Below the pieces are notes generated by a model that made no database searches, had not been told where the DNA came from, and saw only the letters and a list, made by a program, of their open reading frames with translations. Shown piece after piece: positions 1 to 9,097 of a stretch of 28,225 nt of DNA. Source of the stretch: a virus. Taxonomy: Duplodnaviria; Caudoviricetes. Numbering within the stretch: position 1 is the first letter of the stretch; every line of letters starts with the position of its first letter. The stretch covers positions 1 to 28,225 of IMG/VR virus record IMGVR_UViG_3300020045_017228; one strand, given 5' to 3'. The position numbers and the translations under genes were made by a program.

Positions 1-143
1 GCAACCTGCACAACAGTTTTACCCGATACTTGGGCTCTCATTGTAGTTTCGCCGTAGCCACCAGTACCTTTTAGAGTTCCTTGAACATAAAGAACATTTT
101 GACCATTAATCAGTAATGTTTTGGGTGTAAATATTGCTACCAT
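1..143 (-). CDS. Tail tube protein (partial, runs off the window edge)
   Basis: ATG at 143, 5 bp after the sheath stop; reads MVAIFTPKTLLINGQNVLYVQGTLKGTGGYGETTMRAQVSGKTVVQVA. The position directly after the sheath is canonical for the tube. Confidence 0.7.
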   Translation of the reverse strand, partial: MVAIFTPKTLLINGQNVLYVQGTLKGTGGYGETTMRAQVSGKTVVQV

Positions 144-148
144 AAAGT

Positions 149-1705
149 TTATTGATTAGGTGATGAATTTGGGGTAATATCGAAGTCAAATGAGGTTAAT
201 TGACCCATTACAATGAATGCCATTGAGCCAGAAACCGCACCAGTTGAAGTATCAACATTAATGACTAGGTTTTGATTGAATAATTGTTGTAAATCAACGC
301 CATCGCTTGTGATGCCACCCTGTAAAATTCCATCCAAATAAAGATCATTCCAAAGCCCTACAATGTAGGCTCTAATTGATTTTTCATTAGCAATTAAAAT
401 GCCCGGAGAAGCAGGAAGCGAGCCAGAGGTCAAAGCTGATTGAGCAAAATTTTCCTTCATATTACGAAAAATGTATTCTCTCGCAGTAGTGGCTGTGTCG
501 TTTCTATTTACTGTTGAATAAGTAAAACCAATCGCGCTTGGTGTTGCTGCTTTGTAGCAGGATAACCAAAAAATATTAGTCACAGTTACAACGCCGCTTG
601 AATCCATTGAAAGAGTAGTGCCACCTAAATCACCTAAAGCAACCGCTTCTGTTTGTAAGAAGTTTTTGCCAGTTGGGATAGTGGTAACATTATTTAGCTT
701 CATATTTTGATATGGAGTGCCAGCTAGAGATGCGCCACCTCTATTATTGCCAGCCACCATAAATGAATTTAAGATTGCATTTGGCACAAATCTTAATGCT
801 CTTAGAGCTGCTAATCTGGCAGAAAGTGCATAATCCAATTCAAGCAATGCCCCACCTTTAAAGTCTGAATCATTGACTTTTTTATTGCAGATATAAACTA
901 TAACTTGGCTCGCTAATGTTGCAGGAGCTAAAGCAGTTTGTAAATTTGCGTAAGTGTCGGTATTGGTAACAAAAGCAATCCCATCTAAAATTTGGTTTGA
1001 AGCATTAAATTTAGCTTCTAAATGAGTTTTAACGGTGCTAGTGAAGGCAAGCTCGGTGATAATATCATAACGGCTTTCATCAATTTTGGTTAAAACACCA
1101 GTTAAAACTGGATCAGTTGCGCCAGAAGTGAAGGCAGTTAAAGCCACAGAAACACCAGCTACAGAACCTTCGACTTTTAAACCAATTCTATTTCCTTCAG
1201 TTCCTTTGCTTTTAGCTGTTAGAGCTACGCTGCCAGTAGTATTAACAGCAGTTACAGGAGCGTTTGCGTCAGCAGTAATTGCAGCAACCAAAGCATCACC
1301 CAAAGTTGTTGCAGTTGAGCTTGTTGTAACGGCGATTTCATAATTATTATTAACATAAGAGCCAATAATAATATTTAGAGTGCCTGAAGCTGTTGGGGTC
1401 GCGGTAAATACAACCGCACCAGCGGCAGCAACGCCAGAGCCATTATCAGAAACAATAATTGCATCTAATGGGCTAAATGGATTTTCTTGTTTAAAAGCAT
1501 CAATCATTATTTGACCAATCGAACCAGCCCCGCATAAAGCGGCAGCAGTTCCAAGATCATTGCCAATGTTTTGAACTAAAGCACCAGAAGTAAAACTACC
1601 CGCAGAAGTGCCTTGCGCCAAAATTAAAGGTCTTCTCGGCGAAGGTGCAATATTTTGATTAGCAGTATTCAGGGTAAAATTAGAAATAGGATATAAACCA
1701 GCCAT
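149..1705 (-). CDS. Contractile tail sheath protein (Mu gpL-like)
   Basis: 518 aa with Mu-type sheath motifs (AAALCGAGS, ALVAAITADANAPVTA, VALTAKSKGTEGN, FTSGATDP). Confidence 0.9.
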   Translation of the reverse strand: MAGLYPISNFTLNTANQNIAPSPRRPLILAQGTSAGSFTSGALVQNIGNDLGTAAALCGAGSIGQIMIDAFKQENPFSPLDAIIVSDNGSGVAAAGAVVFTATPTASGTLNIIIGSYVNNNYEIAVTTSSTATTLGDALVAAITADANAPVTAVNTTGSVALTAKSKGTEGNRIGLKVEGSVAGVSVALTAFTSGATDPVLTGVLTKIDESRYDIITELAFTSTVKTHLEAKFNASNQILDGIAFVTNTDTYANLQTALAPATLASQVIVYICNKKVNDSDFKGGALLELDYALSARLAALRALRFVPNAILNSFMVAGNNRGGASLAGTPYQNMKLNNVTTIPTGKNFLQTEAVALGDLGGTTLSMDSSGVVTVTNIFWLSCYKAATPSAIGFTYSTVNRNDTATTAREYIFRNMKENFAQSALTSGSLPASPGILIANEKSIRAYIVGLWNDLYLDGILQGGITSDGVDLQQLFNQNLVINVDTSTGAVSGSMAFIVMGQLTSFDFDITPNSSPNQ

Positions 1706-1707
1706 AG

Positions 1708-1920
1708 TTATGATTTTTTAGGTTTAGAATTAGTGGTGACTAATTGGAAATATGAATGGTTTTCGTCTTGACGAATTTGCTCATACCAAAACGAGTGAAG
1801 AGGAGTACCAGCTTCATCAACATCAATTTCGAGAGAGTTATTTTTTGGATCAGCCGCAACAAACCATTTTTTATGGAGCGGGCTATAGAAATCTTTAAGA
1901 AAAGTTATTTGGGCTTTCAT
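1708..1920 (-). CDS. Small protein upstream of sheath (positional analogue of Mu gp38/DUF2635)
   Basis: 70 aa ending 2 bp before the sheath ATG; the FWYEQIRQD segment resembles the YW.RR..DGD motif of these proteins. Confidence 0.5.
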   Translation of the reverse strand: MKAQITFLKDFYSPLHKKWFVAADPKNNSLEIDVDEAGTPLHSFWYEQIRQDENHSYFQLVTTNSKPKKS

Positions 1921-2062
1921 TTATTTAATTTAGTAGTGGTAATACTAATTAAGTGGGTTAGCGTGGTGAGCTAACCCTATATGATTCCTGACCAACCCAC
2001 CAAAAGTTAATTTTCACCAAACCCAGCAAAAAACATCAGCAGAAATCGATTTGCATTTTTGC

Positions 2063-2090
2063 TTGAAAAAAGAGACTTGACAAGTATAAT
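2063..2090 (+). promoter_or_regulatory. Putative sigma70 promoter for the terL island
   Basis: TTGAAA (2063-2068), 16-bp spacer, TATAAT (2085-2090). Confidence 0.5.
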
Positions 2091-2094
2091 TTAA

Positions 2095-2115
2095 CCATAT
2101 TGTCAAAATACCACT
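2095..2115 (+). repeat. 21-bp motif, copy 1 (CCATATTGTCAAAATACCACT)
   Basis: Exact second copy at 11688-11708. Confidence 0.9.
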
Positions 2116-2129
2116 ATAGGCAACCCATA

Positions 2130-3575
2130 ATGTTTCAACCATCACCACAATTTATCTCTTCACTTATTAGTGAAGTAGAAAATGAGCGTTTAAAAAAAGA
2201 CTTTCCTGCGTTCTTTTCCAAAGCATTTAAGCACTTAAATCCTAGCACTAATTTAACGCACAACTGGCATATTGATTGCTTGTCAGAATACTTAATGGCG
2301 TGTTTTGATCGAGATTTGAAACGATTGATTATTAACATTCCTTTTCGGATGTTAAAATCAAGTTTAGCTTCGATTGCATTTCCTGCTTGGGGATTGGGGA
2401 ATGATCCATCGTTAAAGTTTATGTGTGTTTCTTATGCTGACACTTTATCAACTGATCTATCCGTTAGAAGCAGGCAATTAGTAGAATCAGATTGGTATCA
2501 ACAAACCTTCCCAGATTTAAAACTTCTAAAAGATCAGAATCAAAAAACTAGATTTGATACCACAAAAAATGGCTATCGTTATTCTACTTCTACTGGTGGT
2601 GGCGCTATTGGAATGGGTGCGAATTTTCTTATTGTTGACGATTATCTTTCTTCACGAATGGCTAGATCAGATCAAGAGAGAGAAACAGCATTATTAAGTT
2701 TCAATCCAGCATTTAAAACCCGATTAAACAACCAAAATGATGATGTAATAATCGTTATTGAGCAAAGATTGCACGAAAGAGATTTGACAGGGATGTTGCT
2801 TAAAGAGGGCGGTTATGAACATCTTTGTTTGCAAGGTAAATTTGAGAGCCGCAAAACTTTTTCTTTTGGTAATTTTAATAAGACGGTCGAAGAAGGCGAA
2901 TTACTGCAAGAAAACCGTTTATCAGAAAAGATTTTAGGTGAATTAAAAGTTTCTCTAGGAAGCCAAGATTATGCAGCTCAGATTCAACAGAACCCAATGG
3001 CCGAGGGTGGAAATATTGTTAAATTGCATTGGTTCAAAAGATACAGCGCAGCATTGCTAGAAGCGATGGAATTTGAAACAATTGTTGTTTCGTGCGATAC
3101 GGCTTACCAACCAACTCAATTATCAGATCCAACTTGCTTTGGCGCGTGGGGAATAAAAAACAATAAGGCTTATTTATTAGATTTACTTAACGAAAATTTA
3201 TCTTATCCTGACATTGAAAGAAAATTAATCTCATTTTTAGAAAAGCATAAGCCGGATTGGACGCTGATTGAAAATAAAGCATCTGGGCAATCATTAATTC
3301 AAACGCTAAATAGGGATGGAAGATTTGCGGTTAAAAAGATTGACATTTCATCTGCAAAAGGAAATAAAATAGTTAGGCTTCATAATGTTTCTGCGATGGT
3401 TGAAGCTGGAATTTGTTTTTTGCCTGAAAGAGGAGAATGGCTATTTGATTATGAAAATCAAATGACTAAGTTTCCTAATTCAGAAAAGGCAGATATGGTT
3501 GATATGACATCGCAATTTTTAGAGTGGCTTAAAGATAGGTCGGCTCAATTTGAATTTTTTAGTGTGCAATTATGA
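2130..3575 (+). CDS. terL: Terminase large subunit
   Basis: HNWHID motif, Walker A-like LIINIPFRMLKS, Walker B GANFLIVDD, QRLHERDL, AQIQQNP, nuclease residues SCDTA, IENKASG and DMVD. ATG at 2130 preferred over TTG at 2100. Confidence 0.95.
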   Translation: MFQPSPQFISSLISEVENERLKKDFPAFFSKAFKHLNPSTNLTHNWHIDCLSEYLMACFDRDLKRLIINIPFRMLKSSLASIAFPAWGLGNDPSLKFMCVSYADTLSTDLSVRSRQLVESDWYQQTFPDLKLLKDQNQKTRFDTTKNGYRYSTSTGGGAIGMGANFLIVDDYLSSRMARSDQERETALLSFNPAFKTRLNNQNDDVIIVIEQRLHERDLTGMLLKEGGYEHLCLQGKFESRKTFSFGNFNKTVEEGELLQENRLSEKILGELKVSLGSQDYAAQIQQNPMAEGGNIVKLHWFKRYSAALLEAMEFETIVVSCDTAYQPTQLSDPTCFGAWGIKNNKAYLLDLLNENLSYPDIERKLISFLEKHKPDWTLIENKASGQSLIQTLNRDGRFAVKKIDISSAKGNKIVRLHNVSAMVEAGICFLPERGEWLFDYENQMTKFPNSEKADMVDMTSQFLEWLKDRSAQFEFFSVQL

Positions 3576-3925
3576 AAAAATTTCTCAGTGAAGAAACTCT
3601 ATGGATAATAGATAATCTTGTTACTGGCGAATCAAAAAATAATTTTAAATGTATCTATAAACATATTTCAGATTCGGCTTTTGTAGTTGCCTTCCTAAAG
3701 GATCAAGATGGTAAGTATTTTATCACTAGCCAAAAAAACTCTAATTTAAATGGTTTAATATTAAAACTGGAACGCAAGGAAGAGTTAAAATTATTAAATT
3801 TACCAACACTACATAAAAATCTGTTGGATTTTGAGTTAAAATCCAAGTCAGAGAAAGTTAAAAGAAATATAGAATCTTTCTGTAATAAAATTATACAAAA
3901 TTCACTTATGGCACAGAGTTGTTAA
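3572..3925 (+). CDS. Hypothetical protein coupled to terL
   Basis: 117 aa ORF with ATGA overlap on the terL stop. Confidence 0.6.
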   Translation: MKKFLSEETLWIIDNLVTGESKNNFKCIYKHISDSAFVVAFLKDQDGKYFITSQKNSNLNGLILKLERKEELKLLNLPTLHKNLLDFELKSKSEKVKRNIESFCNKIIQNSLMAQSC

Positions 3926-4050
3926 ATCAACAATCCAGCGGATGCCGATTGGTGAGCTCTATAGGCGCAGGATGAAATAAAAAGGAATAATCCCAGCTTC
4001 TTTTTGTTTTTGGGTTAAAAGCCTATCTGTGCCGCCTAAATTAATGAAAT

Positions 4051-4287
4051 ATGAAATTTACACATAACTTAGATTTATCAAAAATGCGTCTTGAACCAGC
4101 TTTTGACAAGGATAGTAAATTAGTAGAAATAAGTATCGTTCCATTCTTAGATGATAACGGGATTGTTATTGGCAAAGCTGATTTGGCAAACAACACCATT
4201 ACTCTAAGCGAAGAAGGACAAAAAGTATGGAATGAAAAATATGGGAACAAAAAAGGATTTTCTTGTGGATATAAACCGCAAAATTAA
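4051..4287 (+). CDS. Hypothetical protein
   Basis: 78 aa ATG ORF converging on the 4284..5663 gene. Confidence 0.55.
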   Translation: MKFTHNLDLSKMRLEPAFDKDSKLVEISIVPFLDDNGIVIGKADLANNTITLSEEGQKVWNEKYGNKKGFSCGYKPQN

Positions 4288-5663
4288 ACCGCTTCGTCAA
4301 CCTCTCCCTGAATCTCCATCACCACAGTCGAATTATCAGTATTAGAAATAACATCAAAATCAAAGCTCCTAAATGCTGATAGATCTTCTGGTGCAACAGC
4401 ATCAGATTGATTGGCATAAACAGTCGCTTGGAAGGTGTATTGGTGAACATAACTCGCACCATTAAAATTCACATAGCCATTTCCAACTGGCATTAATTGT
4501 GAATATCTTAGTTGCGTTAAATCACTCGTTGGCTGGAAACCTAACAAAGCTCTATAAATATGTGGTTTATAGCCTTCTGCCTTATCTCTAGTTGAAATAT
4601 AAAGCAATTCATCCGAAACATTACCGCAGGGCAAGAAAATATATAAAATAACATTCTGAATCGATTGTTCTCTTATAAAACTTCCCTTGTCTCCGTAAGT
4701 TTGAGCATCCGTCTTGTTCCGGTCATTTTTATTTGAAACTTCATCACCCAAAACAGCCACAATCCAATTCTTAGATTGCCCTGTTGCGTATTCAGTTTGA
4801 TAAAAGTTTGCCGCTCTTTCGTCAGTTATTGATCCTGTAATAGTTGGATTAACCTTGGTTGTAATTGTGCCTTGCGCTGGTGAATTTGGCGTTGTGGTAA
4901 TAGCGTAAGTGAAAGTTGTGGCTGTTGGTGCTGCAACTACTGTTTTATAGCCGTTATATCCAGTTTGATATTGATAAATTTGAGTTGGTGAACCTGTGGC
5001 TGGTGTTGTTGATGAGCCAGTTACTTTATAAATAAAAGTGTAGGCATTTAAAAGTTGTTTTGCTTGCCACATCTTGCTTGGCGCTCGGCTTCCAGCCTCT
5101 TCCGTTCCATTCACATTTGCAATCGTGAAAGTTTTGGAATCAACAATTGAAGCTATAATTGTCTTGCGATTATAAGCATCTTGAACGCTACCAGAAAGTT
5201 GAATCTCAAAATTAGCGTTAGAAATAAAACCATTATCCTCAACTGTGGTAACGGTGGCAATTTTTGTGCCGTTATCTATAGTAATTGATTCGATTGTGAA
5301 GACTGGTGGTGTCCAAACCAAATCAAAAGTTCCATTATATCCCGCTTGAGCAGCCCCAGATATTTCAACGGTTTTATTATTTGGAGTTAGATTGTGTTTT
5401 GTGGCACATAAAGCGTTTGCATATTGCGTTTCAATGCCTGCAATCGTTTGATTAATTCTGGTAAGTGATGAAACGGTAATTGGAGTTTTCGCACCAACAA
5501 TTAGGGCTTTATTTCCAGCAACTAAGCCGTGAGCTGCCGAAGTCGTGGCCGTTACAGTCGATCCGCTACGAGTTAAAGAAGTTATTGAAAGACTTGTTGA
5601 AAAGTCATCTGTGTATCTAGGAAGAACAGCTTTTAGCTGGTTCACTATGTCGGTTAGTTTCAT
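4284..5663 (-). CDS. Putative tail terminator/completion protein with inserted beta-rich repeat domains
   Basis: Lies downstream of the neck genes. Short N-terminal helix and C-terminal alpha/beta domain flank Thr-rich repeats (AHGL..G, GYNG, TFTY). Confidence 0.55.
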   Translation of the reverse strand: MKLTDIVNQLKAVLPRYTDDFSTSLSITSLTRSGSTVTATTSAAHGLVAGNKALIVGAKTPITVSSLTRINQTIAGIETQYANALCATKHNLTPNNKTVEISGAAQAGYNGTFDLVWTPPVFTIESITIDNGTKIATVTTVEDNGFISNANFEIQLSGSVQDAYNRKTIIASIVDSKTFTIANVNGTEEAGSRAPSKMWQAKQLLNAYTFIYKVTGSSTTPATGSPTQIYQYQTGYNGYKTVVAAPTATTFTYAITTTPNSPAQGTITTKVNPTITGSITDERAANFYQTEYATGQSKNWIVAVLGDEVSNKNDRNKTDAQTYGDKGSFIREQSIQNVILYIFLPCGNVSDELLYISTRDKAEGYKPHIYRALLGFQPTSDLTQLRYSQLMPVGNGYVNFNGASYVHQYTFQATVYANQSDAVAPEDLSAFRSFDFDVISNTDNSTVVMEIQGEVDEAV

Positions 5664-5783
5664 TTTTCCTTAGTGGTAATAAGGGTTGCTTTAAGCCATC
5701 AACTTTGCGATTGATGTTTGCCCAAAATTTATTGGATAAAGTTTTGTTGTTTAGGCTTTTATTTTCGGGTGATTTACTCAGCA

Positions 5784-6290
5784 TCACTTTTTAATATTTT
5801 GATTAATCGCATTAGTAATATCGTTAACAATATCTCTTCTGCTTTGTAAAATTGGGCGAATTAAATAGTTTCTTCTAGCAATATAAGCCGCTTTTCTGCG
5901 CCCAGTTCTGCCGCCTAATTCAAGAATTCTTGCATAAGGTGTGTCCGCTCCAATTCTTAATTGGTTAGAACCCTCCACTCTAAAATAAACCGATTTTCTT
6001 AATTCTCCACTAATAACCGCCGGAGACTCGCCAGCTCTTGATGCTTGGTGCATCCTTAATCTTTTTAAAACCCTTCCACCCCTTCCAACTGAAACTGGAT
6101 AAATTCTGCCGTGTTTTGGCTCATTCATCATCCTTTTAATCAAGCCATCATTGGCTCTGCCGCTCATCCCAGCAATTTTAACGCCGCTTGCTTGCAATCC
6201 TCGTCTAACACCTTGAGCAAAACTTTTATCAAGATTTCCAATTATGTTAAAAACATTTTTATTATTCGGCGATCCTTTGAAACTAAACAT
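5784..6290 (-). CDS. Tail completion/neck protein (HK97 gp10-like)
   Basis: HQASRAGESPAVISGELRKS, YARILELGG and RRNYLIRP motifs. Start set at ATG 6290. Confidence 0.8.
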   Translation of the reverse strand: MFSFKGSPNNKNVFNIIGNLDKSFAQGVRRGLQASGVKIAGMSGRANDGLIKRMMNEPKHGRIYPVSVGRGGRVLKRLRMHQASRAGESPAVISGELRKSVYFRVEGSNQLRIGADTPYARILELGGRTGRRKAAYIARRNYLIRPILQSRRDIVNDITNAINQNIKK

Positions 6291-6690
6291 TACCAAGTTC
6301 ATTAACAAGTAATGTGTCAATGCCTCGTTTACTACATTTAATCATTCCAAATTCTCTTCTACCTTCTATGTTCAAATCAACTTCTTCCACCGTGAATAAT
6401 TCCCCACTAAAATCAGCAATATTAGTGAGGGTAATATCTAAGTTAGGATTGTATCTAAAATAGAAAGCATCAGTAATTTGCCCCACAATATCTGTGCCGT
6501 TGAATATCTCATTACCTTTGATTGATTTTTGCATTGCATAAATCGTGGTAACAGTAGTTAAAGTTAATGTTGGTTCAACATTCGAGCTATTTGTAGCGTT
6601 CTTTGTGCGACTTTTGATAATTAAAGGATAACGCAAATCGCCAGTGCAGATTTTATATGGTGCTGGTTTTATTCGGGTGCAATTAGGCAT
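6283..6690 (-). CDS. Head closure / head-tail adaptor (SPP1 gp16-like)
   Basis: GDLRYPLII and ITDAFYFRY motifs; follows the gp6-like connector. Start set at ATG 6690. Confidence 0.75.
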   Translation of the reverse strand: MPNCTRIKPAPYKICTGDLRYPLIIKSRTKNATNSSNVEPTLTLTTVTTIYAMQKSIKGNEIFNGTDIVGQITDAFYFRYNPNLDITLTNIADFSGELFTVEEVDLNIEGRREFGMIKCSKRGIDTLLVNELGNV

Positions 6691-6835
6691 CTGATCCAAA
6701 ATTTTTAAGAAACCAATTTCCAAAAGGGGTTGGGTGTAAAATATAATCACATCCTGCTTTTTCCTTTTCTGATTCTGGAATTGTTTCGCATCTATATAAC
6801 AATCTACCCCATAATCTAAATAAAAGTTCTTTCAT
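6683..6835 (-). CDS. Small hypothetical protein (50 aa; not in the ORF track)
   Basis: MKELLFRLWGRLLYRCETIPESEKEKAGCDYILHPTPFGNWFLKNFGSDA; fills the gap and overlaps the next ATG. Confidence 0.5.
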   Translation of the reverse strand: MKELLFRLWGRLLYRCETIPESEKEKAGCDYILHPTPFGNWFLKNFGSDA

Positions 6836-6851
6836 ATTTTTTAAATTAAAA

Positions 6852-7514
6852 TTAACAGATATTTCCGAGCCACATTATTTTTCTAGTAGTGAAGAAAGTT
6901 GCTGCGCTTGCTGGATAACCACCACTAGAACAATCACAATCACCGCGATTCTCATAGAGATAAACTATATATTGCAAGAGAGCTTGTTTAATATCAAAAG
7001 GAATGTCGCTTGCCGCAGCTCCGTAGCCCACAACGAAAGTAATAACGATGGTTTGCATTCTATTGTCCGCATCAGTCGGCCAACTACTTCCATCTGTTAG
7101 ATAAATAGCAGCATAATCGTTTTCATCAGTAATATAGTAATTTGAGCTATTCCAAGTAGTTAAAACGCCACTAACATAATATTTGATGTGAGTTATTGAC
7201 TGGAGTTTGGATCTTAAAATTCTAATTCCGCAATTTTGATTATAATTAAAATAACCAGAAGAGTTGTAAATATTACCGGTTGGAAAATTGTTAAGATAAC
7301 ATTTATAAGTTTTACTAATCAAATCCCTGCCAGTTACTAGTTCAAAATAATTGGTTGCTGTATAAACTAATCTTGTGATTAGAGTATCTTGTGAAGTGTC
7401 ACTAACAATTCTTAACGCTTCTTTAGCTTCATCTAAACTAACGACTAAGGTATTTGCTCCTGTAACTAATGGATAATCTAATGGCTGTTGAAATGGATAG
7501 TAATTGTTTCCCAT
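6852..7514 (-). CDS. Head-tail connector (HK97 gp6 / phiE125 gp8-like)
   Basis: VSLDEAKEALRI, D.LI..L, VITFVVGYG and IPFDIKQALLQYIVYLYENRG motifs; GGAGG RBS. Confidence 0.9.
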   Translation of the reverse strand: MGNNYYPFQQPLDYPLVTGANTLVVSLDEAKEALRIVSDTSQDTLITRLVYTATNYFELVTGRDLISKTYKCYLNNFPTGNIYNSSGYFNYNQNCGIRILRSKLQSITHIKYYVSGVLTTWNSSNYYITDENDYAAIYLTDGSSWPTDADNRMQTIVITFVVGYGAAASDIPFDIKQALLQYIVYLYENRGDCDCSSGGYPASAATFFTTRKIMWLGNIC

Positions 7515-7523
7515 TTTTACCTC

Positions 7524-7880
7524 CTAAGCTAAGGGGCGAGTTACTAAAGTAATTGTAATTGCGCCAGTTTGTGAAGTTCCGGCAACCAATTTCAAAAATC
7601 TTATCGAGGCAGTATCACTGGGAACAAAAGGAATATATCTACTAGCCGCTACCACTGGCACCAATTGAGTGCCAGAAGTATTGTAAGCGTTATAATAAGT
7701 TCCGTCTAAACTATCTGAACCTTGAAGCGCTAATGTTGTTCCTTCAAATCCAGTTGGAATGATGAGAGCCACAACATAAGTTCCAATTAAATCAATAGCT
7801 GGTGAGACAGTTTGTCCATCAGCTATTGTTAATGTTTTGTCGAAACATAAAACCGATTGGAATTGATTACTATCCGCCAT
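7524..7880 (-). CDS. Putative virion structural protein
   Basis: 118 aa beta-rich protein (LQGSDSLDGTYY) within the head operon. Confidence 0.55.
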   Translation of the reverse strand: MADSNQFQSVLCFDKTLTIADGQTVSPAIDLIGTYVVALIIPTGFEGTTLALQGSDSLDGTYYNAYNTSGTQLVPVVAASRYIPFVPSDTASIRFLKLVAGTSQTGAITITLVTRPLA

Positions 7881-7900
7881 ATTAATTTTTTAATTTAAGA

Positions 7901-8614
7901 TTACGCTAATGAAATTCCGGCTTCGCCAATAACTGTCCACTTAGAAGCGCCACCAACTAATACTAAAGTATCGCCAACATCATTAAATGTGGCAGTAGTT
8001 CCAGAAGATTGACCTTGAACGTTAGTTAAGGCTAAAGTTACATCGCCATTATCGACAGTCATTTGGATAATTTTGACCATACCAAGCATAGTTGCGCTTG
8101 GAGCCGCCAAAGTAATTGCGCCCGCACCAACTAAGGTTACGTTTGAAAGTCTTTTTACAACACTAACCGCGCCGGCAGCAGCGATAGTTTCTGTTTGAGC
8201 AGAAACATCACATTGTAAATCTAATTCAGCTTGAGTTGAGCCAATCACAGCAGTTTGAGCAGTTGCCATAATAGCAAAAGCACCGCTCGCAGCAGCATCA
8301 GGAACTGTATAGGTCACTGCGCCAGCTTGAGCTGCTACATTAATTGTAGTTGTAGTATCTCCAGCGTTATCAGCAGAAGTAATATGTGTTTTACCTTTAA
8401 GAGCTGTTGTCGGAAAAATATCAACAGATCCAGCAGCTCCAGAAGCGCCAGCATCAATATCACCGCCTGAAACAGTAAGATCACCCGCTAGAGTTAAACT
8501 TCCTGCTGTATCAATTAAGCTCCCAGCAGCTAATGTAATTGTTCCGCCAATAACTAATTCGTTATCACCTGCGGCGGTTGCTTGTTCAAAATAGTTTAAA
8601 ACGTTCGCTGACAT
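7901..8614 (-). CDS. Putative head fibre/decoration protein
   Basis: 237 aa rich in Gly/Ala/Thr with beta composition, within the head operon. Confidence 0.55.
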   Translation of the reverse strand: MSANVLNYFEQATAAGDNELVIGGTITLAAGSLIDTAGSLTLAGDLTVSGGDIDAGASGAAGSVDIFPTTALKGKTHITSADNAGDTTTTINVAAQAGAVTYTVPDAAASGAFAIMATAQTAVIGSTQAELDLQCDVSAQTETIAAAGAVSVVKRLSNVTLVGAGAITLAAPSATMLGMVKIIQMTVDNGDVTLALTNVQGQSSGTTATFNDVGDTLVLVGGASKWTVIGEAGISLA

Positions 8615-8617
8615 ATA

Positions 8618-9043
8618 TTATTTCCTTTTTTTAAATGGGTTAAATTTGTTGGTAAATTTTGGTTCGGGAGTTATTGACTTTTCCTCAATAACTTTTTCAT
8701 TTTCAATTTTTTCTATTTCAACTTCTTCTTGGATTGATACGTCTTTAGCTTCCTCAATCACTTCTTCAATTTTTTCTTCGGTCTTTTCTTCCGCAATAGG
8801 TTCTTCAGTAACTTCTGGTTGTTCATTGATTATTTGCGCTTCAATCACTTCTTCCGGTGTTTCAATTATCGCCTCCTCAATAACTTCTTCATTTTCAACA
8901 AATAGAATTCCATCACCTTCTTCGATGATCTCATTAGCAAACTTCTCTTTCACAGAGATAATTTGATCTTTAAGAAAATGATGTACTGTCCGGCAATCTT
9001 CAGCTCGGTTATGTCTTTTTAAGATTTTAACTTTTACTAACAT
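8618..9043 (-). CDS. Hypothetical protein with Glu-rich low-complexity tail
   Basis: Short N-terminal domain followed by EEVIEEA-type repeats; a common position after capsid genes. Confidence 0.65.
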   Translation of the reverse strand: MLVKVKILKRHNRAEDCRTVHHFLKDQIISVKEKFANEIIEEGDGILFVENEEVIEEAIIETPEEVIEAQIINEQPEVTEEPIAEEKTEEKIEEVIEEAKDVSIQEEVEIEKIENEKVIEEKSITPEPKFTNKFNPFKKRK

Positions 9044-9059
9044 AATTTTTTGGTTGATT

Positions 9060-9085
9060 TAAGGGAGATTTTTATGCCTCCCTTA
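9060..9085. terminator. Hairpin after capsid/decoration genes (terminator, attenuator or mRNA stabiliser)
   Basis: TAAGGGAG...CTCCCTTA inverted repeat; no clear U-tract. Confidence 0.45.
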
Positions 9086-9097
9086 GAAATTTGATAA

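Noticed and set aside
2076-2100. CTTGAC...CCATAT (and TTGCAA...CCCATAT at 11671-11693) as RpoH heat-shock promoters
   Set aside because: Tempting because of groES, but the spacers (11-12 bp) are shorter than the sigma32 consensus.
3938-4010. Second tRNA gene starting GCGGATGCCGATTGGT
   Set aside because: No T-arm (GTTC) or acceptor-stem complement.
2000-4300. terL island as a shufflon-like invertible segment
   Set aside because: I found no inverted repeats bounding the island; the 21-bp copies are in direct orientation.
8700-8900. Glu-rich repeats as a distinct repeat element
   Set aside because: Explained by low-complexity coding sequence.
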